Source: Bacteroidia bacterium (GTDB lineage Bacteria > Bacteroidota > Bacteroidia > M30B66). From it: a stretch of DNA of 64,000 nt. A program made the translations under genes and the position numbers. Every line of letters begins with the position of its first letter. Position 1 is the stretch's first letter. Location of the stretch: the NCBI GenBank assembly GCA_965279035.1, contig OZ257142.1, positions 2,624,001 to 2,688,000 on the forward strand. Reading direction: 5' to 3'. The notes under the pieces are model-generated. The model had not been told where the DNA came from, searched no databases, and was given only the letters and a program-made list of their open reading frames with translations. Positions 29,557 through 40,334 of the stretch are shown piece after piece.

Positions 29557-31011
29557 ATGCAAATTCTTCATATAAGTGCCGAATGTTATCCTGCCGCAAA
29601 AGCTGGTGGATTGGGCGATGTAGTTGGAGCACTTCCTAAATATCTTAGTCAAGCAGGGCATCCATCAGCCGTTATCATTCCTAAATACATGCAGAAATGG
29701 ATTCAAAATCAACCATTCGAGCGTATTTATAGCACCTTGATTCGTTTAGGCGATATGCTCGTTCCGGCGCACGTCGAACGTCATACCGGAAATCCTCTTG
29801 GTTTTGGATTGTATGTAGTTGACATTCCTGGATTTTTTGATCGTGAAGGAATTTATACCGACATCCACACGGGGTATGGCTACAGCGATGAACCAGAACG
29901 TTATGTCCTTTTTCAGCAAGCAGCTTTGAGATTCATTCTTGAAATGGACGAAAAACCTTCTGTTATTCATTGTCACGATCATCATACTGGATTAATTCCA
30001 TTTATGATGAAACATTGTCCCGAATACCGCGAATTAGCCGATATTCCTAGCGTTTTCACTATACACAATGGACAATATCATGGTGCATTTGGTTGGAATA
30101 GAAGCTGGATTTTGCCTTGGTATGATGCCAGTGCTAATGGTTTACTTGAATGGGATCATACCATCAATCCACTAGCTTGTGCAATAAAATGTTGCTGGAA
30201 ATTCAGTACGGTTTCGGGTGGATATTTAAATGAATTACGCTATGCTGCTAATGGTTTGGAAAGCCTTATCAATATGGAGTTCCATAAAGCATCAGGTATT
30301 GTAAATGGAATAGATAATCAAGTGTGGGATCCTGCAAATGATGATCGTATTGCACAACCATTTTCAAATGATGTTGCTCAATATAAAGCAGTCAATAAGC
30401 AAGTAATTGCGGAACGTTTTGCTATTCAATCGGACTTACCATTAATCACTTTTATTGGGAGATTGGTTTCCGAAAAAGGAGCTGATATTATTCCCGGAGC
30501 AATCTTTCGCTTCTTAGAACAAGGTGGTCAAGCAGCGTTTGTTGTTTTGGGAACAGGCGATCCTGCTTTACGCGATATTTTCCTCCAAATGCGTGATAAA
30601 CTCTGGAGTTATTTCGATACTTCTATCGAATACAACGAAACACTTTCACACCAATTGTATGCTGGCAGCGATTATTTAATGATGCCTTCGCGTGTTGAAC
30701 CTTGCGGATTGAATCAACTCTATTCGTTTCGTTACGGAACCATACCAATCGTTCGCAGCATTGGCGGACTAGCCGAAACGGTAATCGATATTTCACAACC
30801 CAATGGAAATGGAATTCGGTTTGACGATTTTAGCGAAGATGCTCTTTGTCGTTCTTTTCATCGTGCTGCTGAATTATATAAACACACTGAATTCCTCAAC
30901 ACATTGAGATTGCAAATCATGCAACTCGATTTCAGTTGGGAAAAAGCAGCAAATCAATACATTTCAATTTACCAATCTCTACAAATTCATCAGTATGAAA
31001 GGAGCAATTAA
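29557..31011 (+). CDS. glgA: Glycogen synthase
   Basis: ECYPAAKAGGLGDVVGALP, HCHDHHTG, FTIHN, MPSRVEPCGLNQ. Confidence 0.96.
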   Translation: MQILHISAECYPAAKAGGLGDVVGALPKYLSQAGHPSAVIIPKYMQKWIQNQPFERIYSTLIRLGDMLVPAHVERHTGNPLGFGLYVVDIPGFFDREGIYTDIHTGYGYSDEPERYVLFQQAALRFILEMDEKPSVIHCHDHHTGLIPFMMKHCPEYRELADIPSVFTIHNGQYHGAFGWNRSWILPWYDASANGLLEWDHTINPLACAIKCCWKFSTVSGGYLNELRYAANGLESLINMEFHKASGIVNGIDNQVWDPANDDRIAQPFSNDVAQYKAVNKQVIAERFAIQSDLPLITFIGRLVSEKGADIIPGAIFRFLEQGGQAAFVVLGTGDPALRDIFLQMRDKLWSYFDTSIEYNETLSHQLYAGSDYLMMPSRVEPCGLNQLYSFRYGTIPIVRSIGGLAETVIDISQPNGNGIRFDDFSEDALCRSFHRAAELYKHTEFLNTLRLQIMQLDFSWEKAANQYISIYQSLQIHQYERSN

Positions 31012-32281
31012 AATGATCTGCCTCATTTTAGGAGGCGGACAAGGAAGTCGTTTGTATCCTTTAACCAGCAGTCGTTCTAAGCCAGCTGTTCCAATTGGTG
31101 GTAAATACCGTTTGATCGATATTCCCATTTCAAATTGTATCAATTCGGGCGTTCGACGGATGTTTGTGTTGACTCAGTTTAATTCTGCTTCACTCAATAG
31201 ACACATCAAAAACACCTATCACTTCGATAATTTTAGTGCAGGATTTGTCGACATTTTAGCAGCCGAACAAACACCCAATAGCGATAAGTGGTTTCAAGGA
31301 ACTGCCGATGCGGTAAGGCAAAGTATGCATCACTTGACAGGACATGATTTTGATTATGTGTTGATTTTAAGTGGAGATCAATTGTATCAAATGGACTTTA
31401 AGCTGATGGCTGAATTTCATATTGATCATAAAGCTGATTTGACTATTGCTACAATTCCGGTGGATAAAAATGATGCTCCCGAGTTTGGCATTATGAAAGT
31501 GAACAAAAGCAATGTAATTGAAACGTTCATTGAAAAACCTAAGCCTGAAGTTCTATCAGAATGGACTTCTCATGTTCCAAACTCACTTAAAAAGAAAGGT
31601 CGTGAATATCTAGCTTCAATGGGAATTTATATTTTTAGAAAAGATGCTTTAAAACGTCTCTTTGATGAAAACCCAGATGCCACCGACTTTGGAAAAGGAA
31701 TTATTCCTGCAGCTATTAAATCGGGTTATAATGTTGCTTCCTTCCAGTTTGATAATTATTGGACCGACATAGGAAACATTCGTTCGTTCTATGAAGCTAA
31801 TTTGGAATTATGCGACAATCTTCCAAAATTCAATTTGTTCGATAACCACAAACGGATTTATAGTCGTGCACGTGCCCTTGCTCCTTCTAAGTTTTTTGGA
31901 ACACGATTAAATAAATCGATCGTTGCCGAAGGATGTATCATTCATGCTAAACTGATCGATTATTCTGTGATTGGTGTTCGCTCACGCATAGGATCGAAAA
32001 CAGTGGTAAAAAATTCCATCATTATGGGGAACGACTTTTATCAATCCTTGGAAGAAATTGTCCTTAAGAAAGATGAAATCCCCATGGGAATTGGTAAAGG
32101 ATGTCACATCGAACAAGCCATCATCGATAAAGATTGCCGCATTGGAAATAACGTAATTATAAAAGGCGACAATTCACTTCCGAACATTGAAACCGATCAA
32201 TACTGCATCGTTGATGGCATAGTAGTCTTAAAGAAAAAGGCTTTAATTCCTGATGGAACACACATTGGATTTAATGGATAA
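30995..32281 (+). CDS. glgC: Glucose-1-phosphate adenylyltransferase
   Basis: LGGGQGSRLYPLT..RSKPAVPIGGKYRLIDIPISNC, WFQGTADAVRQ, ASMGIYIF, YWTDIG. Confidence 0.97.
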   Translation: MKGAIKMICLILGGGQGSRLYPLTSSRSKPAVPIGGKYRLIDIPISNCINSGVRRMFVLTQFNSASLNRHIKNTYHFDNFSAGFVDILAAEQTPNSDKWFQGTADAVRQSMHHLTGHDFDYVLILSGDQLYQMDFKLMAEFHIDHKADLTIATIPVDKNDAPEFGIMKVNKSNVIETFIEKPKPEVLSEWTSHVPNSLKKKGREYLASMGIYIFRKDALKRLFDENPDATDFGKGIIPAAIKSGYNVASFQFDNYWTDIGNIRSFYEANLELCDNLPKFNLFDNHKRIYSRARALAPSKFFGTRLNKSIVAEGCIIHAKLIDYSVIGVRSRIGSKTVVKNSIIMGNDFYQSLEEIVLKKDEIPMGIGKGCHIEQAIIDKDCRIGNNVIIKGDNSLPNIETDQYCIVDGIVVLKKKALIPDGTHIGFNG

Positions 32282-32332
32282 GTCTATTTACAAATGCCAT
32301 TAATTGATTAAATAATTCTGTTAAGCAACAAG

Positions 32333-32368
32333 CATTCATTAACAATTCAATTTGTTAATGAATGTTTT
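32333..32368 (+). terminator. AT-rich hairpin after glgC, probable terminator
   Basis: CATTCATTAACAA / TTGTTAATGAATG 13-bp arms followed by TTTT. Confidence 0.5.
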
Positions 32369-32499
32369 GATCAATGAAATTTCATACTTGAGATTCATTG
32401 AATGAAGAAGCATTTTATAGTCTACACTTGTTAAAAACTCAGGTGATACTTAAATTTTGTTTTTATTTCCTATCCCATTCTACAACCTAGATTTGTAAT

Positions 32500-33084
32500 A
32501 TGAAGATTCAACGTATGAAAAAACATGTAATGCTAGCTTTCCTAGTTATGGGGCTTCAGGGAAGTGTCACGTTTGCACAAGCTCCCGCAGCTCCTAAAAT
32601 GCCTGTTGATGAAGTAAGTAAGCTCGTTACTTACACCGATGTGGTTGAAGAACCGGGAATGAATAAAGACACACTGTATAACCGTGGTCTTCGCTGGTTT
32701 AAGTCGTATTTCAAAAACCCAAACAAGGCAATTAAATTAGCTGATGCCGAAGGACGAACAATTGATGGTGGATATACCTTTACCATACAACGCCCAGATC
32801 CAGCTTCTAAAAAAACACCCGCTCCGCTTGTTGATGCTGGTTATGTAAATTATAAAATGAAGCTCTTTTGTAAAGACGGAAAATTCAAATACGAAATCAC
32901 CAATTTTTCATGGCAACAAGCTTCGTATTATCCAATTGAACGTTGGTTGGATAAAGATGCCAAAAACTATGATCCTAATTATGCTTCGTATCTTCAACAA
33001 ACCGACAAATACGTAAAAGAATTAATCAAATCACTCGAAACTTTTATCGAAACGGATCCTTTGAAAAAGAAAGATGATTGGTGA
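32500..33084 (+). CDS. Secreted DUF4468-like protein
   Basis: Signal peptide; YTDVVE.PGMNKDTLYNRGLRWF; CKDGKFKYEITNF; C-terminal DDW. Confidence 0.75.
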   Translation: MKIQRMKKHVMLAFLVMGLQGSVTFAQAPAAPKMPVDEVSKLVTYTDVVEEPGMNKDTLYNRGLRWFKSYFKNPNKAIKLADAEGRTIDGGYTFTIQRPDPASKKTPAPLVDAGYVNYKMKLFCKDGKFKYEITNFSWQQASYYPIERWLDKDAKNYDPNYASYLQQTDKYVKELIKSLETFIETDPLKKKDDW

Positions 33085-33099
33085 GATAATAAATAATTT

Positions 33100-33134
33100 A
33101 AAAGCCGGAAATGTTCACATTTCCGGCTTTTTTT
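33100..33134 (+). terminator. Intrinsic (probably bidirectional) terminator
   Basis: AAAGCCGGAAATGT-TC-ACATTTCCGGCTTTTTTT between convergent genes. Confidence 0.9.
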
Positions 33135-33197
33135 ATGCCTTCATTCAGAAAAAACAAGATTCAATTTCTAAAATAGTTCAATTAGCAATTGAAATAA

Positions 33198-35573
33198 TTA
33201 ATGTGTAAAAACAACTCGCTTTGTCGCTAGAATATAATCATTCGATAAAATCTGAATGAAATAAATTCCAGATGGAAGTGTATTTCCCAGCTGAATTGTC
33301 CCTTCATTTCCCGAAAGATTTTCTCGTTGAATTATCCGACCACTTATATCTGTTACATTCAATTTCAAGGAATTCAACTGTTGTTTCGTTTGATAATACA
33401 CATTCACCAATCCATCCGAAGGAATTGGGTATGCCTTCAAAATCAAATCATCCTGATTAAGACTCGCTATGTTCGTTGTAACTGAATCAACTACATAAAA
33501 ATGATCCAATCCAGCTTCAACTATATGTCCATTTGGAAAATCAACCGCTTCCATTACAAAACGAACTTGTCCCGGATTCGGAATAAAATCCTTCACTTTA
33601 ATCGATTCACTTACCCATTGAGAAGAGTTTGTTCCTTGGATAATTTTTTTAATAGTTAAAGGTGCTCCACCATTATTAATTAATCGGATAAATAATGTGT
33701 CATTGATAGCATCATTTCCTCCTCCATTAAAAAACCATCTGTCATACCAAATTGTTGGTTCTATATAAGTAGATAAATCCATGATGGGAGAAGTTAATCG
33801 CGTGTAACCATCATCTACATCATCGTTTCCTGCAGAAGTTCCTGCATTATTTCCAGTTACATACGCATATCCATTACAATCACCACTATAATCTGTTCCT
33901 GGATTGGATGCAACTCCATTTAAATTGGTTGCAACAGGAATGGCTCTTTCAAATATTCCAGTTGAAGTAGTTGAGGTAACTATCCATCCATAATTAAACT
34001 GAAAATCATCATAATAATTAGCATTCAAAGTAGATTGAATGGTTGAAATGGAATTATCAATTGAAATTTGAGGATTGCATAAAGTCTCAAACCCCCATTT
34101 CCCAATAGCAAGCTGGTAAGTATCTGGAACCAAATCGCATTTGCTATAATTCCCTTGATTGTCGGTACTTAATTGAATCCCTGAATTTGAATTCGACAAA
34201 GAAACCAATGCCGATTCAATGGCCGAACCACTTGAATTTTCAACATTTCCATTTAAAGCAAAACCGCTTGGACTAAATAAATTGATCTCAAATTCAGTTA
34301 AAACTCCATTAGCAAGAACTACATTGGTTAACGTGAATGTGTTATATCCTGGCTTTGAAAATATGATTGTATACGTTCCAGGAATGGCGGTTCCGGTTCG
34401 GTAAGTTCCGTCTATACCTGTTTGTTCCGAAATGCCTGCTTCAACAATACTAACTGTTACATTATCGAGCAATGCTCCACAAGAACTATCTTTCACAATT
34501 CCTTCGAAGTAACAACCACGCACATACGTTGGTGTTAATACATACAAACCACCTTCAATATCAGAGGCTACTAAATTTCCGCTTGGTAAAAATGGATATA
34601 CACCCCAACATCCATTGAATGTATTTCCTTCATAGCTCGAAAAATCATTTTTTGCGACTTCAATCAAATTCGCCGGACGAGCTCCATCAACAATCACAAC
34701 ACCTTCGGTATACCACGAAGTAACTGCATAATCGTTTAAAATATGCGTATTATGTACAATGCAATTGGAGCCTGGAGCAGTTTGATAACGATCGAGTTCA
34801 GAAATATTTCCAAGTACATCAATGTTATAAGAAGTTAAATAAGAATCAGGGACTTCATCCGTTGTAAAAAGGGTATTGTGATCATCGCTTAACCAGGTGT
34901 TATGCGTGAAATTTCCTGGAGTTGTCTGAGTGATTAATGTTACAGGATTGGATTTATCGCTGACATCGATTGCAGAATAAAATCCATCATAAATATGTGA
35001 TCCCCAAATTGTATCACCCGAAACAATTCCATCATGAATATAACGCTCATCATATCTACCTTGATAAACAGGATTCCAGGGATCTGTTAAATTTAAAAAT
35101 AAAGCTCCTCCTTCTCCGATATTAGAACCATACACATAACAAAATCCATTATCAATATGTAATGTATGTGCTTTGCTCAATTGATTTAATATAGCTCCAT
35201 CTCCACGATATACATGAGAATAAATGGTATCAGGAAGTTCACGCATATCGATGATCGTTAATCCTCCATTAGTTCCTTCGGTAGTAACGTATGCAAATCC
35301 ATTCCATGTTTTCACTTCACGCCAAATACTCTCCACGCCATTTACTTCAAAACTTAATACTGGAATATCAGGATTACTCACATCCACAATGGATAAACCT
35401 GTCGTAGTTCCAACTAATGCATATTCATTCCCGAGACTATCCACATATCCACCAATATTTGCTAATTCTCTACCAGGAAATGCCAAATGTCCCCGCACGG
35501 TTAAATTGTAATTCTCTTGAGCATTCAGACTAAAAAAGGCAAAAAAAGCAATCAAGAAAGAAATTCTTTTCAT
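33198..35573 (-). CDS. Choice-of-anchor B family T9SS type A-secreted protein
   Basis: EYALVG..GLSIVD, SIWREVK, LVIVD-type repeats with HN/HD motifs, WGVYPFLPSG..VASDI; C-terminal AYPIP...SGIYFIQI. Confidence 0.88.
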   Translation of the reverse strand: MKRISFLIAFFAFFSLNAQENYNLTVRGHLAFPGRELANIGGYVDSLGNEYALVGTTTGLSIVDVSNPDIPVLSFEVNGVESIWREVKTWNGFAYVTTEGTNGGLTIIDMRELPDTIYSHVYRGDGAILNQLSKAHTLHIDNGFCYVYGSNIGEGGALFLNLTDPWNPVYQGRYDERYIHDGIVSGDTIWGSHIYDGFYSAIDVSDKSNPVTLITQTTPGNFTHNTWLSDDHNTLFTTDEVPDSYLTSYNIDVLGNISELDRYQTAPGSNCIVHNTHILNDYAVTSWYTEGVVIVDGARPANLIEVAKNDFSSYEGNTFNGCWGVYPFLPSGNLVASDIEGGLYVLTPTYVRGCYFEGIVKDSSCGALLDNVTVSIVEAGISEQTGIDGTYRTGTAIPGTYTIIFSKPGYNTFTLTNVVLANGVLTEFEINLFSPSGFALNGNVENSSGSAIESALVSLSNSNSGIQLSTDNQGNYSKCDLVPDTYQLAIGKWGFETLCNPQISIDNSISTIQSTLNANYYDDFQFNYGWIVTSTTSTGIFERAIPVATNLNGVASNPGTDYSGDCNGYAYVTGNNAGTSAGNDDVDDGYTRLTSPIMDLSTYIEPTIWYDRWFFNGGGNDAINDTLFIRLINNGGAPLTIKKIIQGTNSSQWVSESIKVKDFIPNPGQVRFVMEAVDFPNGHIVEAGLDHFYVVDSVTTNIASLNQDDLILKAYPIPSDGLVNVYYQTKQQLNSLKLNVTDISGRIIQRENLSGNEGTIQLGNTLPSGIYFIQILSNDYILATKRVVFTH

Positions 35574-35861
35574 AGTGAAATGGTTGATTGCGCAAGTTAA
35601 TTGAAATAACCGATTTGCTTAATTCATAATTTAATACTAAAACCTATTTATATCCGTTTAAAAAATATTTGAAATGATATGATAAGGTATTTACTTCCAC
35701 TCATTGCTTTTCTTTTGCTTTTGATTGCTTTTTCATAATGAATAATGCAAAGAATCTCTGAATTCTGTATGCATGGAATTCAAATAAACTTAATCACAAG
35801 TTTACTATTTGAATTTGCTTAATTCATTCAGTAGTTAAATAAATATTATATAAAACGAGTA

Positions 35862-36710
35862 TCAGATTCTAATCAATTTCTTCAACACGATTCCCAATCC
35901 GAAAAGAATTCCAATTACCATAGATATTGCTCCTGCAATGGAAGCATTCCACCAAACAGCTAAATAGTAACCTCCAACACAGGAAGCTATTCCAATCATT
36001 CCAGCTAATACAAGTAAAAATGGTAATCGCTTAGCAAACAATGCGGCGGTTGCTGGTGGACCAACCAAAAGTGCAATCACCAAAACAGCTCCTACCGATT
36101 CGAAAGAAACAACGGTTGCCATCGACACCATACCCATAAGTAAATAATGCCAAAACACAACAGAAATCCCAAGTGCAGTTGCATATCCAGGATCAAACGT
36201 TGTTAAATAAAGTGCACGATATCCAATTATTAACATACCGATTAAAATCACCAATAAACCTCCAGCAATCCATACCTGACGAGGTCCTAGTGAAACTCCA
36301 TTTTCGGTTATAATTAAATCAAAAGGGACGTAAGCAATTTCACCATATAATACACAATCTTGATCTAAGTCTGTTTGTGCTGTATATCCAGAAACGAGAA
36401 TAACTCCAATGGCAAATAAGAATGTGTATATGAGCCCAATGGCTGCATCATTTTGAATATGCATTCTTTTTTGAACCCATTCGATTAGAAACGTAACCAA
36501 TAATCCACAAGCTGCAGCCCCAGGTAACATCACAATACTTTCTCTTGAACCACTTAGCATATAAGCCACAACCAAACCCGGAAGAACAGCATGTGAAATA
36601 GCATCTCCAAACATAGCCATGCGTCTTAAGACCAAGAATGTACCTGGAATTACACAACATAAAGCGATGAGACTTGATGTGAATAGAATCCAAAAATCAT
36701 TCATCATCAT
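35862..36710 (-). CDS. Mn/Zn ABC transporter permease (TroD/MntD-like)
   Basis: GTFLVLRRMAMFGDAISHAVLPG, DLDQDCVLYGEI, SFESVGAVLV. Confidence 0.93.
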   Translation of the reverse strand: MMMNDFWILFTSSLIALCCVIPGTFLVLRRMAMFGDAISHAVLPGLVVAYMLSGSRESIVMLPGAAACGLLVTFLIEWVQKRMHIQNDAAIGLIYTFLFAIGVILVSGYTAQTDLDQDCVLYGEIAYVPFDLIITENGVSLGPRQVWIAGGLLVILIGMLIIGYRALYLTTFDPGYATALGISVVFWHYLLMGMVSMATVVSFESVGAVLVIALLVGPPATAALFAKRLPFLLVLAGMIGIASCVGGYYLAVWWNASIAGAISMVIGILFGLGIVLKKLIRI

Positions 36711-38005
36711 TGCTTGGAAGGTATTACAGTATTGTGTGGATCTATTTTAGGATGCCCAAGAATTTCATCCAATTGTGCCTCTATTTCAGGTGTAATAACA
36801 TGTTCCATAGCTTCAGCATCATCATGCACATGATCGGGATCAAGATTTAAATATTGCTGTAAATAAAGTTCCCACAAACGATGTAAACGAACAATTCGAC
36901 GTGCTTCTACTTCTCCACCTAAACTCAAACTCCAAGCATGCAAGCTCATTGAAACAAGTCCCTTTTTCTCTAACAACTTTAATCCTTTATGAAGTTGACG
37001 ATTTGAAAATGCTCGGTAATTAATTAAATCTTCTTCCAAAACAGGTTTCAATGCATTGCCCGTTTTTTCTCCTATCTGATAAAATAGCTTCAATATATTT
37101 TCTTCTAAAGTTTTATTTCTGTTTTTTTCTTTCTCAAACCATTGTGCTAATAAACCTCTTTGGGGAGCAAATAACATCGACAATCCTGCAACAACAGTCG
37201 CTACTACAACGATCCATGGTCCTGTGGGCATAGCTGGAGCAGTATAAGAAACAAAGGCTCCCATATATCCCGAAAACATTCCAATAACCATAGCTAGAAA
37301 AAGAAGTTTCTGCATAGAATTGGTCCACAACCGAGCAGTTAAAGCGGGAGTAATTAACAAGGCCGACATAAGCACAACTCCAACGGCTTGAATGCCAACA
37401 GAAACAGCCCACACCGTAATAAACGACAATCCAAACCGAAGCATTTTTACAGGAAATCCTACCGAAATGGCAAATTCCTCATCAAAAGATATGGCTGTAA
37501 ATCCACGCAAAAAAAGAAAGAGTATTCCTAAAATGAGGATTGATGAAATAGAAAACAATTGAATGTCTTCCAAGGTAATTGAAGCGGCTTTTCCAAATAG
37601 AAATTTATCTAACCCAGCTTGTGATGCATTTCCACTGTGTTGAATAGATGTAAGTAAGACAATTCCAACCCCAAAAAAAACAGAAAGCATTAATGCAATG
37701 GCTGTGTCTGGACGAACTTGCTTGGAACGAGTAAGCGCCTCCATGATCATTAAGCTCAACATGCCACTTAAGATTGCTCCAATTAAAAAGTACAAGGGAT
37801 TTTTTTCTCCTGTTAAAATAAATGCCAAACAAACGCCAGGTAAAACACTATGCGAAATGGCATCTCCAACTAAAGCTCTCTTTCTCAAAAAAGTAAAACA
37901 GCCAACTATGGCAGCCATTCCACAAAGTATGATGGAACCAGCTACAACCAATCTCACATTGGGCTCACGTAAAAAAAAGAAATCGCTGAATACCTGCTCG
38001 TTCAT
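36707..38005 (-). CDS. Mn/Zn ABC transporter permease fused to a C-terminal DtxR-like domain (TroC/YtgCR-like)
   Basis: GDAISHSVLPG permease; C-terminus EENILK...ARRIVRLHRLWELYL...HDDAEAMEH...DPH. Confidence 0.92.
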   Translation of the reverse strand: MNEQVFSDFFFLREPNVRLVVAGSIILCGMAAIVGCFTFLRKRALVGDAISHSVLPGVCLAFILTGEKNPLYFLIGAILSGMLSLMIMEALTRSKQVRPDTAIALMLSVFFGVGIVLLTSIQHSGNASQAGLDKFLFGKAASITLEDIQLFSISSILILGILFLFLRGFTAISFDEEFAISVGFPVKMLRFGLSFITVWAVSVGIQAVGVVLMSALLITPALTARLWTNSMQKLLFLAMVIGMFSGYMGAFVSYTAPAMPTGPWIVVVATVVAGLSMLFAPQRGLLAQWFEKEKNRNKTLEENILKLFYQIGEKTGNALKPVLEEDLINYRAFSNRQLHKGLKLLEKKGLVSMSLHAWSLSLGGEVEARRIVRLHRLWELYLQQYLNLDPDHVHDDAEAMEHVITPEIEAQLDEILGHPKIDPHNTVIPSKQ

Positions 38006-38787
38006 GTTTCGCGTACAGGAAAATTACGCTCTCTCAACTGATCCCCTACTTGAGATAAAACAGTCAACTTTCCACTATACGTAATTTTTAGATTTTCATC
38101 CGTAAATACATCTTTCAAAGGTCCATTGGCAATGAGTGATGCATTTAATAAAACTAACCAATCGAAATATTCAGGTGCTGTATGTAAATCATGATGTACA
38201 ACAATGATTGTTTTACCAGCAGCTTTCATTTTGCGCAACATTTCTACTATCGATTGTTCTGTTGCTGCATCAACTCCTACAAAAGGCTCATCAAGCAAGT
38301 ACAAATCTGCCTGCTGAGCCAAAGCTCTCGCTAAAAAAACACGTTGCTGCTGTCCTCCCGATAATTGTGAAATCTGTCGATTCGAATAAGTCAACATATT
38401 GACTTGCTCTAATGCTTCCCCTGCAATCTTTTTATCTTCTGTCGAAATTCGCTGAAACATTCCTCTTTGCTGATATCTTCCCATCAACACAACATCCAAT
38501 ACCGTTGCAGGAAAATCCCAATCGACTGTTTGACGTTGTGGAATATACGAAACGCGTTTGCGAACTTTAGTTAGTTCTTCGCCATATACACGTGCATATC
38601 CAGAATTTAAAGGAACCAATCCTAAAATTGCTTTTACCAAGGTTGATTTTCCGGCACCATTGGGTCCCATAATTCCAATGATTTGCCCTTGTGGCAATAA
38701 AAAATCAATATTCCATAATACCGGTTTACGATGGTAAATAACGGTTAAGTTATGTGCTTCAATCGATGGATTCTGTATTTCTGCCAT
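38002..38787 (-). CDS. Mn/Zn ABC transporter ATP-binding protein
   Basis: GPNGAGKST, VDWDFP, LSGGQQQRVFLARAL, LLDEPF, VVHHDL. Confidence 0.96.
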   Translation of the reverse strand: MAEIQNPSIEAHNLTVIYHRKPVLWNIDFLLPQGQIIGIMGPNGAGKSTLVKAILGLVPLNSGYARVYGEELTKVRKRVSYIPQRQTVDWDFPATVLDVVLMGRYQQRGMFQRISTEDKKIAGEALEQVNMLTYSNRQISQLSGGQQQRVFLARALAQQADLYLLDEPFVGVDAATEQSIVEMLRKMKAAGKTIIVVHHDLHTAPEYFDWLVLLNASLIANGPLKDVFTDENLKITYSGKLTVLSQVGDQLRERNFPVRET

Positions 38788-38789
38788 AC

Positions 38790-39716
38790 TTAACGTAATG
38801 CATTTGCAATTGTGTGAGCATTGTGTCGAAGCATACCTTTATAGGTTCCTTCTGGACTTCCTTTCTTGCCCATAGAATCGGAATAAAGTGTTCCACCAAT
38901 TCTAATTGGATGTCCTTTCGCAGCACAACCTTCTATAACTGCTTGTAATGATTTTTGAGAAACAGAACTTTCTACAAATACGGCTTTGATTTTCCTGTCT
39001 GTAATAAAATTGACCATGTTACTCACATCCTGCAATCCATATTCTGAAACGGTAGAAATTCCCTGCAATCCTTTCACTTCAATTTTATTTGTTAATCCAA
39101 AATAACGAAATGCATCATGCGATGTGATGAGGACTCTTCGATCTAAGGGAATAGTTTGAATAGCAATAAAAACTTCATCACGAACTTTATCTAATGTATC
39201 ACGATAAGCTCTATAATTTGAACCTATTTGACTGGTGTCATTTGGAAAAAGACCTTTTAGCGTATCGGTTGCTCCTCGAACTCCACTAAGCCAAACACTT
39301 GGATCCATCCAAAGATGTGGATCAATAGTTTGTGTTCCATCACCAGCAAGTTGAAGTAAATTTTCATTCACATATTCGCCAATTCCAATAACAGGTTTAT
39401 TACGACTCAATTTATGGAGTACATCAGCCATTTTACCTTCTAAATGATGACCACTATATAAAATAATATCCGCGTTGGAAAGTAAATTCATATCTCCTTG
39501 GGATGCTTTATATAAATGAGGATCAACACCGGGACCCATCAATACCTGTATTTCAACTAAATCTCCTAGAATATTTTGTGCGAAGTCGGCAACCATTCCT
39601 GTAGTTGCTACAACTTTCTTTTTACGGTTTGAAGAAGAATTTTGATTTGATGAACAGCCCGTTAATACTAGTACAAACAAAAAAAGCACTTTAACTAGAC
39701 GATGATTCATTCTCAA
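38790..39716 (-). CDS. Mn/Zn ABC transporter substrate-binding lipoprotein (TroA/MntA-like)
   Basis: Lipobox LTGC; GPGVDPHLY, DPHLW, TSHDAF, LYSD. Confidence 0.95.
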   Translation of the reverse strand: MRMNHRLVKVLFLFVLVLTGCSSNQNSSSNRKKKVVATTGMVADFAQNILGDLVEIQVLMGPGVDPHLYKASQGDMNLLSNADIILYSGHHLEGKMADVLHKLSRNKPVIGIGEYVNENLLQLAGDGTQTIDPHLWMDPSVWLSGVRGATDTLKGLFPNDTSQIGSNYRAYRDTLDKVRDEVFIAIQTIPLDRRVLITSHDAFRYFGLTNKIEVKGLQGISTVSEYGLQDVSNMVNFITDRKIKAVFVESSVSQKSLQAVIEGCAAKGHPIRIGGTLYSDSMGKKGSPEGTYKGMLRHNAHTIANALR

Positions 39717-39726
39717 GAATTTTCGA

Positions 39727-39734
39727 CAAAGATA
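39727..39734 (-). promoter_or_regulatory. -7 promoter box TATCTTTG of the metal ABC operon
   Basis: TAnnTTTG on the minus strand about 10 nt upstream of the annotated start. Confidence 0.6.
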
Positions 39735-39761
39735 GCTTTTTTACAATAGCCGAAATTAATT

Positions 39762-39777
39762 TTTAGACAAATCTAAA
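39762..39777. promoter_or_regulatory. Candidate DtxR/MntR-family operator TTTAGACAAATCTAAA
   Basis: TTTAG-N6-CTAAA palindrome just upstream of the metal ABC promoter. Confidence 0.65.
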
Positions 39778-39779
39778 TT

Positions 39780-40334
39780 TCAGGATTTCGGATAACCATT
39801 CTTTCGTTGAATGGAATCTAATTGACGCAGATGATGTATCAAATGCCAATATAAAAATCCAAGAGTTTGATCTGCAGTAAGAGCTCCTGCTAGGGGATGT
39901 TTAAATATCAAATTGGAATGTTGCTGCCAATGAAGAGTTTCAATAAATTCTCGTAATTGAATGAGTTGTTGCTTCCATTCGGCTTTTATTTCCTTTGAAT
40001 CATGAGCAATGGATTCTTCGATTATTTGTTTGGGTGTTTGAAATCGTTTAGGAAGAATCAAATTGAGTGTTAACAAAGCATACCGCCGTTTGTGTTTAAA
40101 TTGAGGTCGACTAAATTTTCCACTTTCAACTCGTTTCTTCATTGAAATTAAAGTGAGCCTTTCTACTTGAAAAAGGTGATCGTATACTTCCATAATTCCC
40201 CACGTTGAATCACTTGGTTTGAACTGTTGTTGATTCAACCTTAAATTATCCCATTTATTCAATAAAACACGAACAGCATTTTCATATCGAATTAATGATT
40301 TCAATAGCCGTTTATTATTTACCTTCAGATTCAA
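39780..40334 (-). CDS. DinB family protein
   Basis: FKP...WGIMEVYDHL, FKHPLAG.LT..Q.L.FL..H..HHLRQ. Confidence 0.85.
   Translation of the reverse strand: MNLKVNNKRLLKSLIRYENAVRVLLNKWDNLRLNQQQFKPSDSTWGIMEVYDHLFQVERLTLISMKKRVESGKFSRPQFKHKRRYALLTLNLILPKRFQTPKQIIEESIAHDSKEIKAEWKQQLIQLREFIETLHWQQHSNLIFKHPLAGALTADQTLGFLYWHLIHHLRQLDSIQRKNGYPKS

Noticed and set aside
35574-35861. AT-rich intergenic region as ncRNA or origin
   Set aside because: Only weak imperfect inverted repeats and no clear DnaA boxes; consistent with ordinary promoter and terminator DNA.
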